Below, piece by piece: positions 12,401 through 24,800 of a stretch of DNA of 64,000 nt. The stretch's first letter is position 1. The number at the start of each line of letters is the position of its first letter. Origin of the DNA: Amoebophrya sp. A120 (lineage: Eukaryota > Protista > Dinoflagellata); assembly GCA_905178155.1 (NCBI GenBank), contig CAJINV010000004.1:4272518-4336517 (forward strand), given 5' to 3'. The translations under genes and the position numbers were made by a program. The notes under the pieces were generated by a model. That model was not told the origin of the DNA and made no database searches. It saw only the letters and a program-made list of their open reading frames with translations.

Positions 12401-15400
12401 TTCCGCGGACAGTCTGACTGCCGCGATCGTCGAGGGCCCGCGGGGCCCGAGTCAGCGCAGTCTAGGGAGCGAGGCCGCGCGCGCCGCAATGGAAATTTTA
12501 GATGGCGTGAACCTCGGGGCGTATGCGGGGGTGGCGAGGGCAAGCAGCACTGCTGAAAATATCAATAGCGGCGCACCAAAAGGAATAGGTGCTGAAGAGC
12601 AACAGCAGGAGGACAATGCTCTTGCGGGACGGACATCTACTACTTCTCGACCCTCCAGCAAGCGCAGTAAAAATTCCGGCTTCACTACGCAAGATATGCC
12701 CGAAGATCTTGACTACACCACCAGGAAGAGCAAGACTTCCTCGAGAGGCACCAGGGGCGCTGGCTCTGAAGTGAAGTACAATGACGTAGTGACCAGCCCG
12801 GAGGAGGCACCAGAGCAGTCTTCGGACGAGCAGCAAGTAAAAACGCGAGAAATAAAATCGTCGAGGGTGAAATCTGGGGAGCCGGGGGAAGAAGAGAAAG
12901 AGAGTTTTTACAACCCATATCGCAAGAAAAAAGTAGTACAGTCACACATTGTGTTGCAGGAACCGCAAGACAGACAACCTTTGTCATGCAGGAAATGCTT
13001 GCGAGCCTCGTTTCCTACATATTCCCCCTTATGATCTTTGCATTACTATACAAGTTTTCTCTTCCACACAGAGAGAATTTGTGATGCAGAAACTTCAACG
13101 AATGTGTAACTGTAACACTTTTTTCTTGTGATAACCCACTAAAGAAGAAGAGTAAAACTTCCTCCCGAGGAACGTATGCATTGCAAAAGTGTCTGGGTCT
13201 GGAAGAATGCAACTTGTGATGCTGCATTTGGATGTTTACAAAATTTGTGTTGCATGAGCAGCAAAAGGAATCTATTTTTTGCTACGCGGAGAGGGCATTT
13301 GTAATGCGGAATAGGCTTCAAGAACCCCACAGGAGTCCTGTGATGCTAGGGCATGCATCACAGACGTCATGGCTCATGCACGCCGTGCATGACAAGTCTC
13401 AGAATCTTCCAGACCCAGACACTTTTACATTTGATAGAACGCGAGGAGGTTCGAAAGTCCCCTTCGCCGACGTGGCAAGTAGTTCAGACGAACCCAGTAA
13501 GCGACAGACGAGGCAATCCGACACTGCTGTTCCTCGTCGTCGTGCTGGGAGTAGTTCAACAGCTTCGGAGAAAAAACAAGACTCTGAAGACTTTGTCCCA
13601 GCAGCGGATAAGAAGAGCAAGACTTCTTCCAGGGGGACCCGCGGTGGTTCTGACGTGCGGTACGGGGACGTCGATAGTGTCGCTTTGGACGTGGACCACG
13701 ACAAGAACTCGGGAGTAGAGCAGGAGTACGCTCCTGGCACAACGCCGCTGCAAAGTGACGACCCGCGGTCTTCGTCAGACAAGTTTTTCACGGGTCTGAG
13801 CAATCCGATGCTGTCAACATCCGTTGAGCAGCAAGAGGACGGGGGGAAGTCTTCACAGAAAAAATCCTCGAAAATCTCATCTTCTTCGAGGATCGAAAAA
13901 TCCTCTAGATCCGGCAGTTCCAGTTCCAAAAAGGCTGAAAATCAAAATTCAGCAAATGCTGCAGCTACTTCATCGTCAAGGATCTCCCATCACGACGTGT
14001 CTGATTCGGAGGCGCAGCAGCATCTCATGGATGAAATCAGGAGCACCGGCGTTATCGGCTTCGACGGCACCACGCTCGATAACAAGAAGAGCGAAACCAA
14101 CCGAGATAAATATGGACAACTACTTCCTGACAGTTCTTCTCCGCAAAGTGGGCAGACGGAGTTTCTCACAGCCTTGAGCCACGACGACGAAGCTGCCGCT
14201 GTTGATCAAGGCGAAGAGAGTCAAAGACCTGGGAGTGCCAACAGCAACATAAGGATGCCATCGAGTTCTTTCTCCAAGAAAAGTTCCAAAATTTCCACGC
14301 AACAAGACCAATACCAAAACCTCGCTGAAGACGCCAATTTACACGAGTCGACGGATATCCTGCACCATGATGTTTCGGAGGACGAAGCCAAGTCGCATTT
14401 GATGAAAACCATCATGAGCATGAACACAATCAACCTCGACGGCACGACGCAGGACAAGGATACGACGGTAAGAATTTCCCAGAAAAATTCGTTGATCCAA
14501 GAGGTGGATGAAGTAGAGAAGAAATCCAGCCGAGAACAAGAGTCGACCGCTTCACGGGGTAGTGGTACGTCGAAGGAGAACGAGAGTAGTACCAAGGACG
14601 CCGAAGAACTGCACAAATCGACGAAAATTTTGCACCCGGACGACGTGTCGGAAGAGGAAGCGAAGGATCACTTGATGAAGACCATTATGTCCATGGGGAC
14701 AGTGACCTTCGATGGTGGAATCTCGCAACCGAAAGAAGAACCAGAAGAACCAGCGCATGACATGGTGAATCTGACGCCGTTGGAGAAGGACGCGAGCCGA
14801 GGGAGCCTGCTGAACGACGACAGATCTTCTGGGAAGAGGTCGTCTGGATCCGGACCTTCGCAGGCGAGCAATGCCACAAATGCCGTATCGCAGCAAAGAG
14901 GAATGGACACGAGAGGCATGCTGTTGACGTCGTCCCAGAAAGGCACAAGTGGCACACAAGATCTGGACAACATCACTGCGGGCATCATGGAAGACGAAGC
15001 GAATAAAAGTTCCTCTGCCCCCGATCTGCACCTCCACGCCGATCAGCTTATGAAGCAGAGTGTGATTGCGGAGAACATGAAAAGCAGGATTTCCAAACAC
15101 AATGTAACGGAGGAAGAGGCGAAAGATCATTTGATGGATGAGATTCTCTCAATAGGCGTCGTCAACCACGACGGAACCAGCGGTTTTCGGGAAGACCATA
15201 TTGTACTGGAAAAACAACCGACGCAGGGACTGGTGGAGGCTACAGTTGAAAGCGGGGGCGGCTCCTCGAACTTGGCGGAGGAGTCCCTCTCTGTCTCTGT
15301 CGCTTCTCCGTCTGCTCGTGGTGCAGGAGGTCCCTCGGGATTAGAAGAAAGTGCCTTTTCTCAAGTAGAGAGCGCCGCAAACAACACGGTGAAGATCCAC

Positions 15401-16354
15401 GCACCTGTCATCCCACCGACTAGCGGCCTGAAGAGCAGCAGTCAAGAAAGACTACTGCCTTCCTCCGGCGAAATCATTCAGCAGTCGTCAAGTGAGTTGA
15501 AGACAAAAGATCTTTCCTACAATGTCCCGTCAGGCTCGGACGATTTGACGCAAGTGAAGCTGCGTAGCGACAAAGCGGAACCAACGGCGGTGCCAATGCA
15601 CTACAGCTCGCAGTTTGAGACCTTAAGTAAAAATGATCCACCCTCAGGAGAACCCCAACAAACACCAGAACAGAGAATATCCAGCGAAGATAAGAAGAGC
15701 GTGAAGAAATCGCGCCGTTCCTCCGGCGTTGACGGTTCCGTGAGTGAGAAGGCGGGGATGTTCGCAGCAAAGGCGCTGGACATTGACGAGCACGAACAGC
15801 CCGGCGCACCGGGGGAGAACGTTGATAACACGAGGTCGTCCGCTGCCGAACTGACTAGAGAAGGAGAACATCAGTCTTCACAGAACACTAACGAGGATGG
15901 TTCATCACCTGATCAATACCCCGGGCCGTCAGATCCGAGGATTCCCAATCGGTACTCGCACGTGCGCGGCGCCGGGGGTCAACAAGCACAAAGTGAAATG
16001 TCGAATGTTTCTCTCCGGGCCAATAATACCGTCAACGTTTTCAAATCGGAGGACATGGCCGCACCAAACGAAAGGACGACCGGGTTTCGCTCGGTAGGGG
16101 CGTCATTAAAGTCCGAGAGGTCAGATAGCGAGAGCCCATCGAATGATCCCGAAAAAAGAGGTCCTCGAGACACCGACGCTACGGCGGCCTGGGGCCAGGG
16201 CAGTCGCGCCACCATGCGCGACGGGCCAAGTGAGATCGTTCGGCCGAGCCAGGCGTTGCCCGGAGCTGCAGGGAAGAAAAAGAGAAAACCAGACAGACAC
16301 GCGACCATGGCCGGTGGACAGACGGAAAGTAGCAGCAACGAGCAGGAGTTGTAG
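3401..16354 (+). CDS. Giant (~3,915 aa) S/T/E/K-rich low-complexity protein of unknown function, split by five TIR inserts
   Basis: ORFs 3401-6538, 7022-10483, 10425-13034 and 13232-16354 join in one frame when inserts 6484-6763, 6844-7105, 10270-10430, 12918-13133 and 13175-13436 plus one 5-nt duplication each are removed (11,748 nt). The junction exon regenerates the protein's own KSKTSSRGTRG repeat. Confidence 0.8.
6484..6763. mobile_element. Introner, family D
   Basis: TATCGTATTTAAAAACGTCCCCAC..GTGGGGACGTTTTTGCTCAGGATA; TSD cacca. Confidence 0.9.
6844..7105. mobile_element. Introner, family A
   Basis: TATCAAATGCAAAAATGTCTGGGTCTGGAAG..CTTCCAGACCCAGACACTTTTACATTTGATA. Flanks gggacctccgc/gggaccgcccc, no clean 5-bp TSD. 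Confidence 0.9.
10270..10430. mobile_element. Introner, family E
   Basis: Perfect 30-bp TIR TATCACAGGAAAAAGTGTTAACGTTAACGG; TSD ggcca. Confidence 0.95.
12918..13133. mobile_element. Introner, family F
   Basis: TATCGCAAGAAAAAAGT..ACTTTTTTCTTGTGATA; TSD accca. Confidence 0.92.
13175..13436. mobile_element. Introner, family A
   Basis: Family-A TIRs; TSD gaacg. Confidence 0.95.
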
Positions 16355-17432
16355 TGAGAACAGCGTCTGACCACGACTGTTTTGTAGGGTTTCGCTTTCG
16401 CACCATTTGCTCTTGTTGTACTAAATGTAGCTTACTTATTTAATTTTTCAGTATCAAATATTTTTCGACGCGAGTTTTCATTCTGATTCACATTAAAGCA
16501 TGAACACTTTCTCCAATATATCCAGACAATGTTATTGTCAATGTGTACGGCGAAGATTGTTTCTCATTCGCCAGCATCTTTTTTTCGTTGCGTTAGAGCG
16601 ATCCCCAAAATGCAACGAATTCGTCCATAATTCCTAAGTTCAACTAATTTCATTCCCGTACCGGTGACAGAACCAGAAAAACGTATATTTCGCCGAAAAT
16701 GAAAAATTATGTGATTCCCGACGCTTCAACTACACGTGTATCAAAAATCAATGTTGATACGTCGAGTCGCAGAAGATGAACTGAGCGATGGAGGTCTTGC
16801 ATAGTGTTCTAGCAGGAGCCGAGCCGGTGCTTCGACTCCATTTTTCTTCTGTGTCCGTATCTGGCGGCGTGTTGGTCCTTCTCTCTTGCTTGTTGTTTTT
16901 CGAAAGTGCCGTGCGCCGAATATCGGGTGTTGAGATTTTACAACTGAGTAGAACTACATTTACAATGTATCATGAGTGTCAGCGAAGATGCAGCACTTGG
17001 TATTGGTGAAGTGCGTCAGTGCGTTTTGGTTTTTTGAACTTGTGGAGGTGGACTTTTCTGCAAGTTAATTTTCGGAACGCAAGTGCTGCGCTTCAATTGA
17101 AAGAGCAAGAGCAAGCACATCAGGGCGTGGGCGGAAACTGGTGCTGCTGTATAGTAATTCTGCGCGGCGCAACACTTTTTTTTAGAACAGCAAGGAGTGA
17201 GAAGTCGTCGTGCTAGATTAGCTTTATCCATTTTGAACCTCCTAGTAGTGCTATTCGGCGATTTTTTACAAGTGAGCAGCATAATCAGAGCACGAAGTAG
17301 ACCCTTTTGTATAATACCGAAGAACAATGCCTAATCAAGCCTAGCACTGGCGCGGGGAGGAATTCCGTCCTGCCTGCGGCAGAAAAAACCAGCTTTTCCC
17401 GCGCTGCGGCTAAAGGAGCAACGCTGATCTAG

Positions 17433-19807
17433 ATGGGCAACTCGGCAAATGCGTCGGCCTTGTCACGGGATGACATCCACGGCATCGCCAGCTTCGGCGA
17501 AAGGGACATAAAACGCCTCTACAACCGCTTTCGGGCACTGGACAGTGACGGCAGCGGGTAGAAATATCCTGCTCAAAGAAGTTCTGCCTGCGTATGGTTT
17601 TTGATGGTCGTCTTTATGGGGACTAAAATCAAGGTGGGAGGATCGAAGTCGTCTCTATACAGATTCAGATTGTGGTGACCACGCTGTTTTATTCTGACAA
17701 ACTGGGTACTATTTCTATTTGCTTCATCTAGCAAACCAAAAAACCTCCACAGGCAGCTCGATCCCGCGGAGATTTTTTCTGTCGCCGAACTGAACGAAAA
17801 TCCGCTGGTGCAACGAGTAATAAACGTATTCGATGCGGTATGACAGTGCACAACTCCCCCTCCTCCTCATTTGTCATGCAAAATACCCAATCCCCCCGCT
17901 GCCTCCTGGCACTGTTTGCATGACGAGTTCTGGTAGCCCAAATAGTACTGCACTCCAGTGAAGATTTGTCATGCAAAACCGACATTCTCGCTGATGCCTG
18001 TATTGCCTTATTGGGGCGACTTGCTGTGGTAGCGCTCGGCTTTTGTATGTTGAGGTCGCCGAAAGTGCTTCCTCGCCCACCCCCCGGGGAGGGGATCCTT
18101 GACCTGTGGCGCTGGGTGCGGGTGTCCACTACATGATGATGATGATTGCCGTTCATGCTATACAACTGAGGGGGTGCAGGGGGGGTTGTGCACTGTCATA
18201 TGCGGATAACAGCGGTAGCGTTTCCTTCATCGAGTTTCTCGTCGGATTGGCAAAACTAGCAGCCGGGACGAGCGAAGAACACAAATTGAACTTTGCGTTC
18301 AACATCTACGACGTATAAAATCTTCAAAATGACAGAGTTTCTTCATCTCTTTGTCTATTGTTGATTTGTTTACACAAGAACGACTCTGTAAATGTTTCTA
18401 TTTGCTCCTGCGAGCGCGTCTTTGTTCTCTGTCTGCTTTCTTTTGGACCACAAATAGCTTGACTGCAAGAGCGGTCGCGGGTGGAGCTATTTGCATTTTC
18501 CTGCCAGTTTTAATATTAACAATCAACATAGGTGGCGAGGAACACGAATCACTCATTCTATCAGGTAAACAAGGATGGCTTCATATCAAACGGGGACCTG
18601 TTCCAAGTCATGAAAATGATGGTCGGCGATAACCTTACACAAGAACAGCTCCAACAGCTTGTGGATCGGCAGATGGTACTATGAAATGAAATATGCGGCC
18701 GTGGTGTCTCCGATACCTCTCGTGGTTGCATGTTTTTTGTTGAGCAGGCAGCTGATGTGAAGTAGATTCTTTCCGTCGCACAAAAAAGTACTAGTGACAC
18801 CAGGGAGGCTAGCAATCACGTATTGTCGCTGAGTCATCATCTACATCTTCTAGTTCTAACTACAGCAGCACAAATTTATATGTAGTGAGGTCACCGAACG
18901 GTTCTAACCAGGGAGTTTTTTTGACAGCTACCCTGAAAAACGACCGGCAGTTTTCAATCGGCCGGAAGTGTTTTTGCACATGAAAAGTTTCCATTTATCA
19001 ATCGGCCGGGGCTTTGATAGCAAACAAGCCCGGGCGGATTCTATCGGTTCCCGATTGATAAAACGACGCAGGGGAGCCGGCAAAAAGGGCGCCCTTCCGA
19101 GACGCCCGGCGCACCTATTTCCGTCGATTTGGGGCGCCCAAAAAGTGGCGCCAAGAAAATGCAAAGCAGACAAAAACCGTGAATCCGCATGGTATGGGCC
19201 GTATTTTGGCCCACTTTTGGAGGTCGCAAAGCCGGCCACCAAAAGCGGGCATTTGTAATGCGGAGAGCAGGGCAAAAAGTGCGACTTTCCAACAAAAAAA
19301 ATGAAAAAATGCGAAGGCCGCCAAAGTCTGTGAGCTAACCCGCATGCTACGGGCCCGATTTGGGGCGCCCAAGGGGCCGGCCCTGGCGGAGGCCCTTGGG
19401 GGGCCATAGCATGCGGGAAAGTGTTTCGATTCAGGAGGCGGCAGCGGCGCGGCTTTTCAACAAAAAAAACCAAAGGACGCAAATCCCGCCAAAAGCAGCA
19501 TGCCAACCCGCATGCTATGGGCCCGATTTGGGGGGCCCACAGGGCCGACCCTGGCGGAGGCCCTTGTGGGGCCATAGCGTGCGGGAGAGCGTCTCTACTC
19601 TGAAAAGAGCAAAAAGACCCGGCGTCGTCCAGTCAAAAAGACCCCGCGTGACCTCACTACCCCCGCCTCGGCGGCTATATTTGGTAACTCAATTCTTCTG
19701 TTCAGGTCCAAGCCGATAAAGATTACGACGGCAAGCTCTCCTACGAAGAATTCAAGGCAGCGGTGAAGAACATAGGAATAGCAGAGCAACTGTCGCTGAA
19801 GATCTAG
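17433..19807 (+). CDS. CNB1: Calcineurin regulatory subunit B (4 EF-hands, N-terminal MGN myristoylation-type start), ~176 aa
   Basis: Exons 17433-17557, 17753-17838, 18206-18312, 18565-18675, 19706-19807 give [108 protein letters not shown]. Three GT-AG introns plus one TIR insert. Confidence 0.95.
17839..18200. mobile_element. Introner, family C, with a nested ~138-bp insert
   Basis: TATGACAGTGCACAAC..GTTGTGCACTGTCATA; TSD tgcgg. Interrupts EF-hand 2 of calcineurin B. Confidence 0.95.
18882..19660. mobile_element. GC-rich TIR element inside a canonical calcineurin B intron
   Basis: 13-bp inverted repeat GTAGTGAGGTCAC (18882) / GTGACCTCACTAC (19648-19660) plus subterminal matches. Internal ~85-bp direct repeats at ~19337 and ~19505. 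TSD unclear. Confidence 0.6.
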
Positions 19808-19945
19808 CTGTGACAGTACGGTTGTTGACGCGGAGTAGCAGGACAAGTGCTGAAGAAGATTCTCCGTTGCAGTAGCGTCGAGCGAGCTGCAGCTACGGGA
19901 AGTAGAACTGGGCTCTGACGTTGGTCCGTCGTCTACACCACAGAA

Positions 19946-21537
19946 TATGGCGCGCTTAAAGTCGCGTTTTCAAAAGTCATAGTTTTTTTTTTTTGCTAGT
20001 CTTCAGGCACTGGCGCCGATTTTAATGCCCTGCCGATATGAGAATAGGGTCGCCCGAGCTGGCGCGCATAAATGCGATAGCACTGAGCCCCAGGAAGGCA
20101 ATTCGGACGGCGCGCAAAAGAATGCCTCGCCGCGATCCTTCGCGGCGCATTCCGCGATGCAATTTCGAAAACCCCGGGGCCGCTTCGCCTCCCCCCGCCG
20201 CCCAAAGTTCTGAGCAAAGGAAAGGCGACGCGTCGCGGCTTAATAGCCGAGCCCCGCCACAATCTGGCGCACTTGCATGAAGTCCCACCGAGGCCCGGAA
20301 AGGCCCGGCCGCCCCACATGCGCCGCTCAGCTTGGTTCTGCTTGTCAGCCGGGCGCTGTGGCCTGCATGAGGGCGGATACCAATGCCGCCACGCGCCCCA
20401 CCGGCAAGATGCGCCTCGCGGCCGCCTCATGAGCCAGGCGCGCCGGCAAGGCGAGGCCGGCCCCTTCGTGGCGGGCCGCAGAAGGCCACGGCGGCGACGC
20501 CCTTTCAACAGGAAGCGCGCAGCCGCCGGCTGCGCCAAGTAGCGGCTGCGCCTTCCGTTCGGCGAATATTCCGAATGCCGCCAAGCAACCGGCGAAGGAC
20601 CAATATGCCAGCAAGCCACCCCAATCGACCCGGGGCCCGAGATTATGTGGCCCCGACGACCTTTGCTGGTGTCCTTCCGGGGCAACCTCCGCCGGCCCCA
20701 TTCCGGAGGCCTCTTCAGAGGCCTCCTTGGGGGGCCTAGTTAGCTCGGGATTGCATGAAATCCAGGGGGGGTGATCCGGAGGCCATTCGGGCCGCCATTG
20801 TGGCCCACCAAGGGTTGCCTCAAAGGCCTCCGAAAGCGGCCCCAATGAGAAGGCTTCAGAATGGCACTTCGAATGGGCGCCCAATTTGGGGCGTTGGCGA
20901 GCCGGGGCTTGAAGGGGGGCTTTTTAGGCCAGCGGCCCTGGCTGGTTCGGGCGGGCGGGGCGGTTCGGAGGGATTCTGGGGCGGCCTAGCCTTGGGGCCG
21001 CGCCTCCGATGCTAGACCACAGGGGCCGCGCCACAACAGGGAAAACACCGCACGCGCGGCAGCAGCCTGTCTCGGCGGGGAGGCGCGGCAAGGGCCTTGC
21101 CGCGGTTGGAAGGCGTCCAAAATAGTAAAGGCGCGAGGGGTGGCGCGGTCACTAGGTCTGTAGTTACGGCTGCCGGGAGGCCAGCGTGGTGGCGCCGTTG
21201 TGGGGCCGCAGCGATGCAAGCTGAGGCAACAGGCGCAGCGCCCGCGGCCTTGCGCTTCGAGTGTCGCTTCACTTCCGGGGGTGCGGCGAGATGTGAAAAT
21301 GGATTCCGAGCATTTGCTGGCAAGCTTGCTAAAGGCGGCAGTAGCGTCGCGGCGTCCAGCCTCCCGACGGTGCCAATTCTGGCGCATGGCAAAGATTTCT
21401 TTGCGACACACCCAAGGCAAGGCGTGCGGCGTTTCGCCTACCGGCATTTAACTGAACTACCCGCGTGCCCAGTTTTTGTGCCACCTTTCAAAAAAAAAAA
21501 CTATGACTTTTAAAAACGCGACTTTAAGCGCGCCATA
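19946..21537. mobile_element. 1,592-bp GC-rich non-autonomous TIR element (intergenic)
   Basis: ~50-bp TIR TATGGCGCGCTTAAAGTCGCGTTTT(C/T)AAAAGTCATAG(T)n; TSD cagaa. Confidence 0.93.
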
Positions 21538-21860
21538 CAGAAGTCCACCTGTGCAATAGATGATGCTGGTCAGCTACAAAGCTAGACCCGGAGCTTCTTC
21601 TTCAGGCGTGGTCCAGCATCGGTGGTCTCAAGGAGCTGCCCGCTGCCACAGTTGCGGCTACAACTGTAGAAGTAAACCTGCTGCAGTGTGCTACTTTCAG
21701 CAAAAAATCCTGTCCTTGACTGCTCATCCAGCAGTCTGCCTTTGAAAGGTTCCGAGTTCTGTGCAGCCATCGCTCGCGCCGCTGTAGACAAAGGACTTCA
21801 TTTCTACAGTCCTCCCAGTCCATTTTGTTAGGCTGAAAATTGACGCACTGCAGTAGAAGC

Positions 21861-24800
21861 ATGAACAGATACTACGTTTCTGCAGGCGGGTATCGATATC
21901 CTCCTGTTGAAACTTTTCTTGCTGCACGTCCTCCCCAGCGCGCAAGACAAATGAACATGTTCCGAGCGCATCACCAAATTGTTGAGGCGTGTGTAGCACG
22001 TGTCGTCGGCATGGAAAGCCGTGATATTGACGATGAGTTGAGTGTAATCGAGATAGACATGATCCACCAGATCATCTGTGAGGAGGTCCTTCCAGTAAGT
22101 TCTTTGGACTCTTCGTCTGTTCATCCGCGGTTCATGTCGATTAAGGGCGACGGAAAAATCGAGGTCGCTGTTGCTTCCATTTGTCTGGTAGCAAGCTGCT
22201 CTCTGTTGCAACAAGTGCAACAAAAGTATACAGCAATCATGTTTGGTGCCAGCAAAACGACCGAGCAGCGTTTGAAAGCACCTGCTGCTGCCCAAGTAGG
22301 TCCCGTAGGCAAAACTCAGTCTACATCCAGTTCGGCAGGTGGAGCAGCAGCGCACCATCAACATACTACAGCAGCGCATCACCTCCATCAGGCAAAGCAA
22401 GTGGGAACCCTGGACAAACTTGCGTCGCGACTTGGCCAAGCGAGCTATTTCAACGACAAAGCGGCACAGCAGCAAGAGTAAGTACTTTTTTCATGCAATT
22501 TTTTTGTCAAAGTGTGCTGACGCTGAGTAATTTCTTTCGGCGATCATTGCAGATGTACATGTAGTGATGTAGATGCAAAACGAGCAAAAATATTGCCAGG
22601 TTTACCCAGCGCCAGGGCCGTAAATCACAGAAGAAACTCGTGGAAGAAGTCGGGGACGACGAAAGTGACTTTGGTGACCATCAAGACGCCGACGACGTGG
22701 ATGCAAGTAGAATAAAGACTCTCTTGCAAGAGGACTCGGACGGCGATCGCCATAATTTTTCGGTCGGGTGGTCGACTACAAGAAAGAAAGCTGTCATAGA
22801 TGATCGAGCAACTACTTCGACAGGAAAGAACACGAAAAATGCCAATGCGGGGGAACGGAAAGGTAGCAAAGAGCAGGGAGGTGCAGCTGGGGCAGCTGCA
22901 ACTACGTCAATGTCCTCGTCATCTTCCAAAGGCGGAGCGCGGTACGGAAAAAACCCTGATCCCCACTTGCCTTCCAACAAGTTCGAGCGGAAGAACGTGG
23001 TCCGGAATGAGTTTAAGATGCTCCTCCAGCTTGGATACGAAACGCGACTGCTAAACGATCAAAACGTGATCCAGGTCTCCAAAAACAAGGCCAAGGCGTT
23101 TTTCCACGTTTTGCAGGGGCTGGGATACCAGCCGACCAACGTGTACACGGCGGACGGGAGGCAGGTGCGGGACCAAACGATCACGGTTACGTCAGATTTG
23201 AGCATCTACCAACAGAAATTCCAGACCATGCAGAAAAGAATCGCGGAGAAATTGAGCACGCAAGCGACTCGGCAGCACAGAACGAGGCAGTATTTTTGCA
23301 ACGGCGGAAAAACTGCGGAAAATATTGCAGGTATGGACACCTACAGTCTTGGTGCTTTGCCCATTCACGTATGATAATTTTTTGTTGTTTAGACAATTTT
23401 CCCTTGAAGTGCAGTTAGAATATCAAGCAGAAGCAATATCCTTTGTAAAGAAAATCACGCCCCTTCCGCTCCTATCTGCAGGCCAATCTGCGACCGTTCG
23501 CGGACTTTTCGGACCCGCAACCGGCCCGGTGCAAGGCACAAAACCGCCAACACAGAATGTGAATGGAACTTCCTGTAAACCGCCTTTTCCTTTTGGCGGC
23601 GGCGCGATAAAAAAGCCCGGAAATAACAAGATGAAAGACGACACTGCGGGCAGAGAAGGTTCCTCGCCTTTGTCATCTCCCGGGCAGCTCGTCACAAGTC
23701 CAGCCAAGAAGAAAAACTACGGTGGGAACGAGATGGCGTCGAGAACTGGACCTAATTCTGGACCTGTACGGGAGCCTCCTGGGCATGTTGAAGTCGAAGA
23801 TAGTGCCAGAAGATGCAAAGACAAAGCAGATCGTGACGACGACGACGACGAGGAACAGCAGCTTCCAGTGGATAGCCGCGAGACCGGCGCGTCTTACTTT
23901 CACAAGGAGGACGGCGATGTCGGTGACGAGGAAAGCGAAAACGACACTCCGCCCGAGGTGGATGCAGCCGTAGCTCTTCCTGCTTCCAAAACACCAGCTC
24001 TAGTACCTTCGTCGACCACTAGCACCACTATCGGTGTGCAGATAATCGCGCCGCAGAAGCGAAAGACGCAGGACACGAGCGTCAAGTTCGCGGAGCTTTT
24101 GCAAAAAAGTTGTACTAGTAGTAACGTGAAGCTGTCTGTCGGAGGCGAGGCAACTCGTGTGCAACTACATGGGAGCTGCGCTGAAGCCGCGGGTGGACCT
24201 CGCTCTACTACTCTTGCGCCCTCTTCACAACTCGGAGAGGAGAAGAAAAAAGGGAGGTCGAGATCGTCGAGGACGAATCCCAAGAAAACCATGCTCCGTG
24301 TTGTTGAGCCACATGATGTTGACAAGCAGCAGCAACAAGGCGCTGGCGCAGGGACAAGAAGTACAAAAAGTGCGCCCCCGCAGACGACAAATGATCAGGC
24401 GGCTCGCAACCGAAGCCGAACCACGACCACCCCCTTTGAAGGAGCGCCGCGCTTCACGGTCATTCGCAAAGCGCGCAAAGGGCAAGAAGACAAGAGTGGT
24501 GATCATTGCGATAATGGAGTGAATGACGACGAGTTTCGGGTCTGCAGCTCGATGGACGAGCTGTTTGATTCCACTACAGCTGCGTCGTCGGCGGCAAGAA
24601 ATGCAGTAGGTGGTAGAACAGCAGGAGGTCAGGGCCGTAGTTCGCCATCATCACCAAGAGCAGCTGCGAGATTTTCCCGAAGAACTGCGGAAATACTAGA
24701 GAGGACCACATCAAGCCAGCACAGTTCCGCGGGCGACACCACAGCGAGGACAAATGCTGCGACCACTCCACGCTTCACTTTTCGAAAGCTAGCTTTGGAT

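Noticed and set aside
3401-16354. Treating the four long ORFs as separate genes, frameshifted pseudogenes or programmed frameshifts
   Set aside because: Every break coincides with a TIR insert whose removal restores a single frame.
19996-21513. Many overlapping R/A/P/G-rich ORFs as a transposase or cargo genes
   Set aside because: They are explained by high GC. No DDE, integrase or recombinase motif is recognisable.
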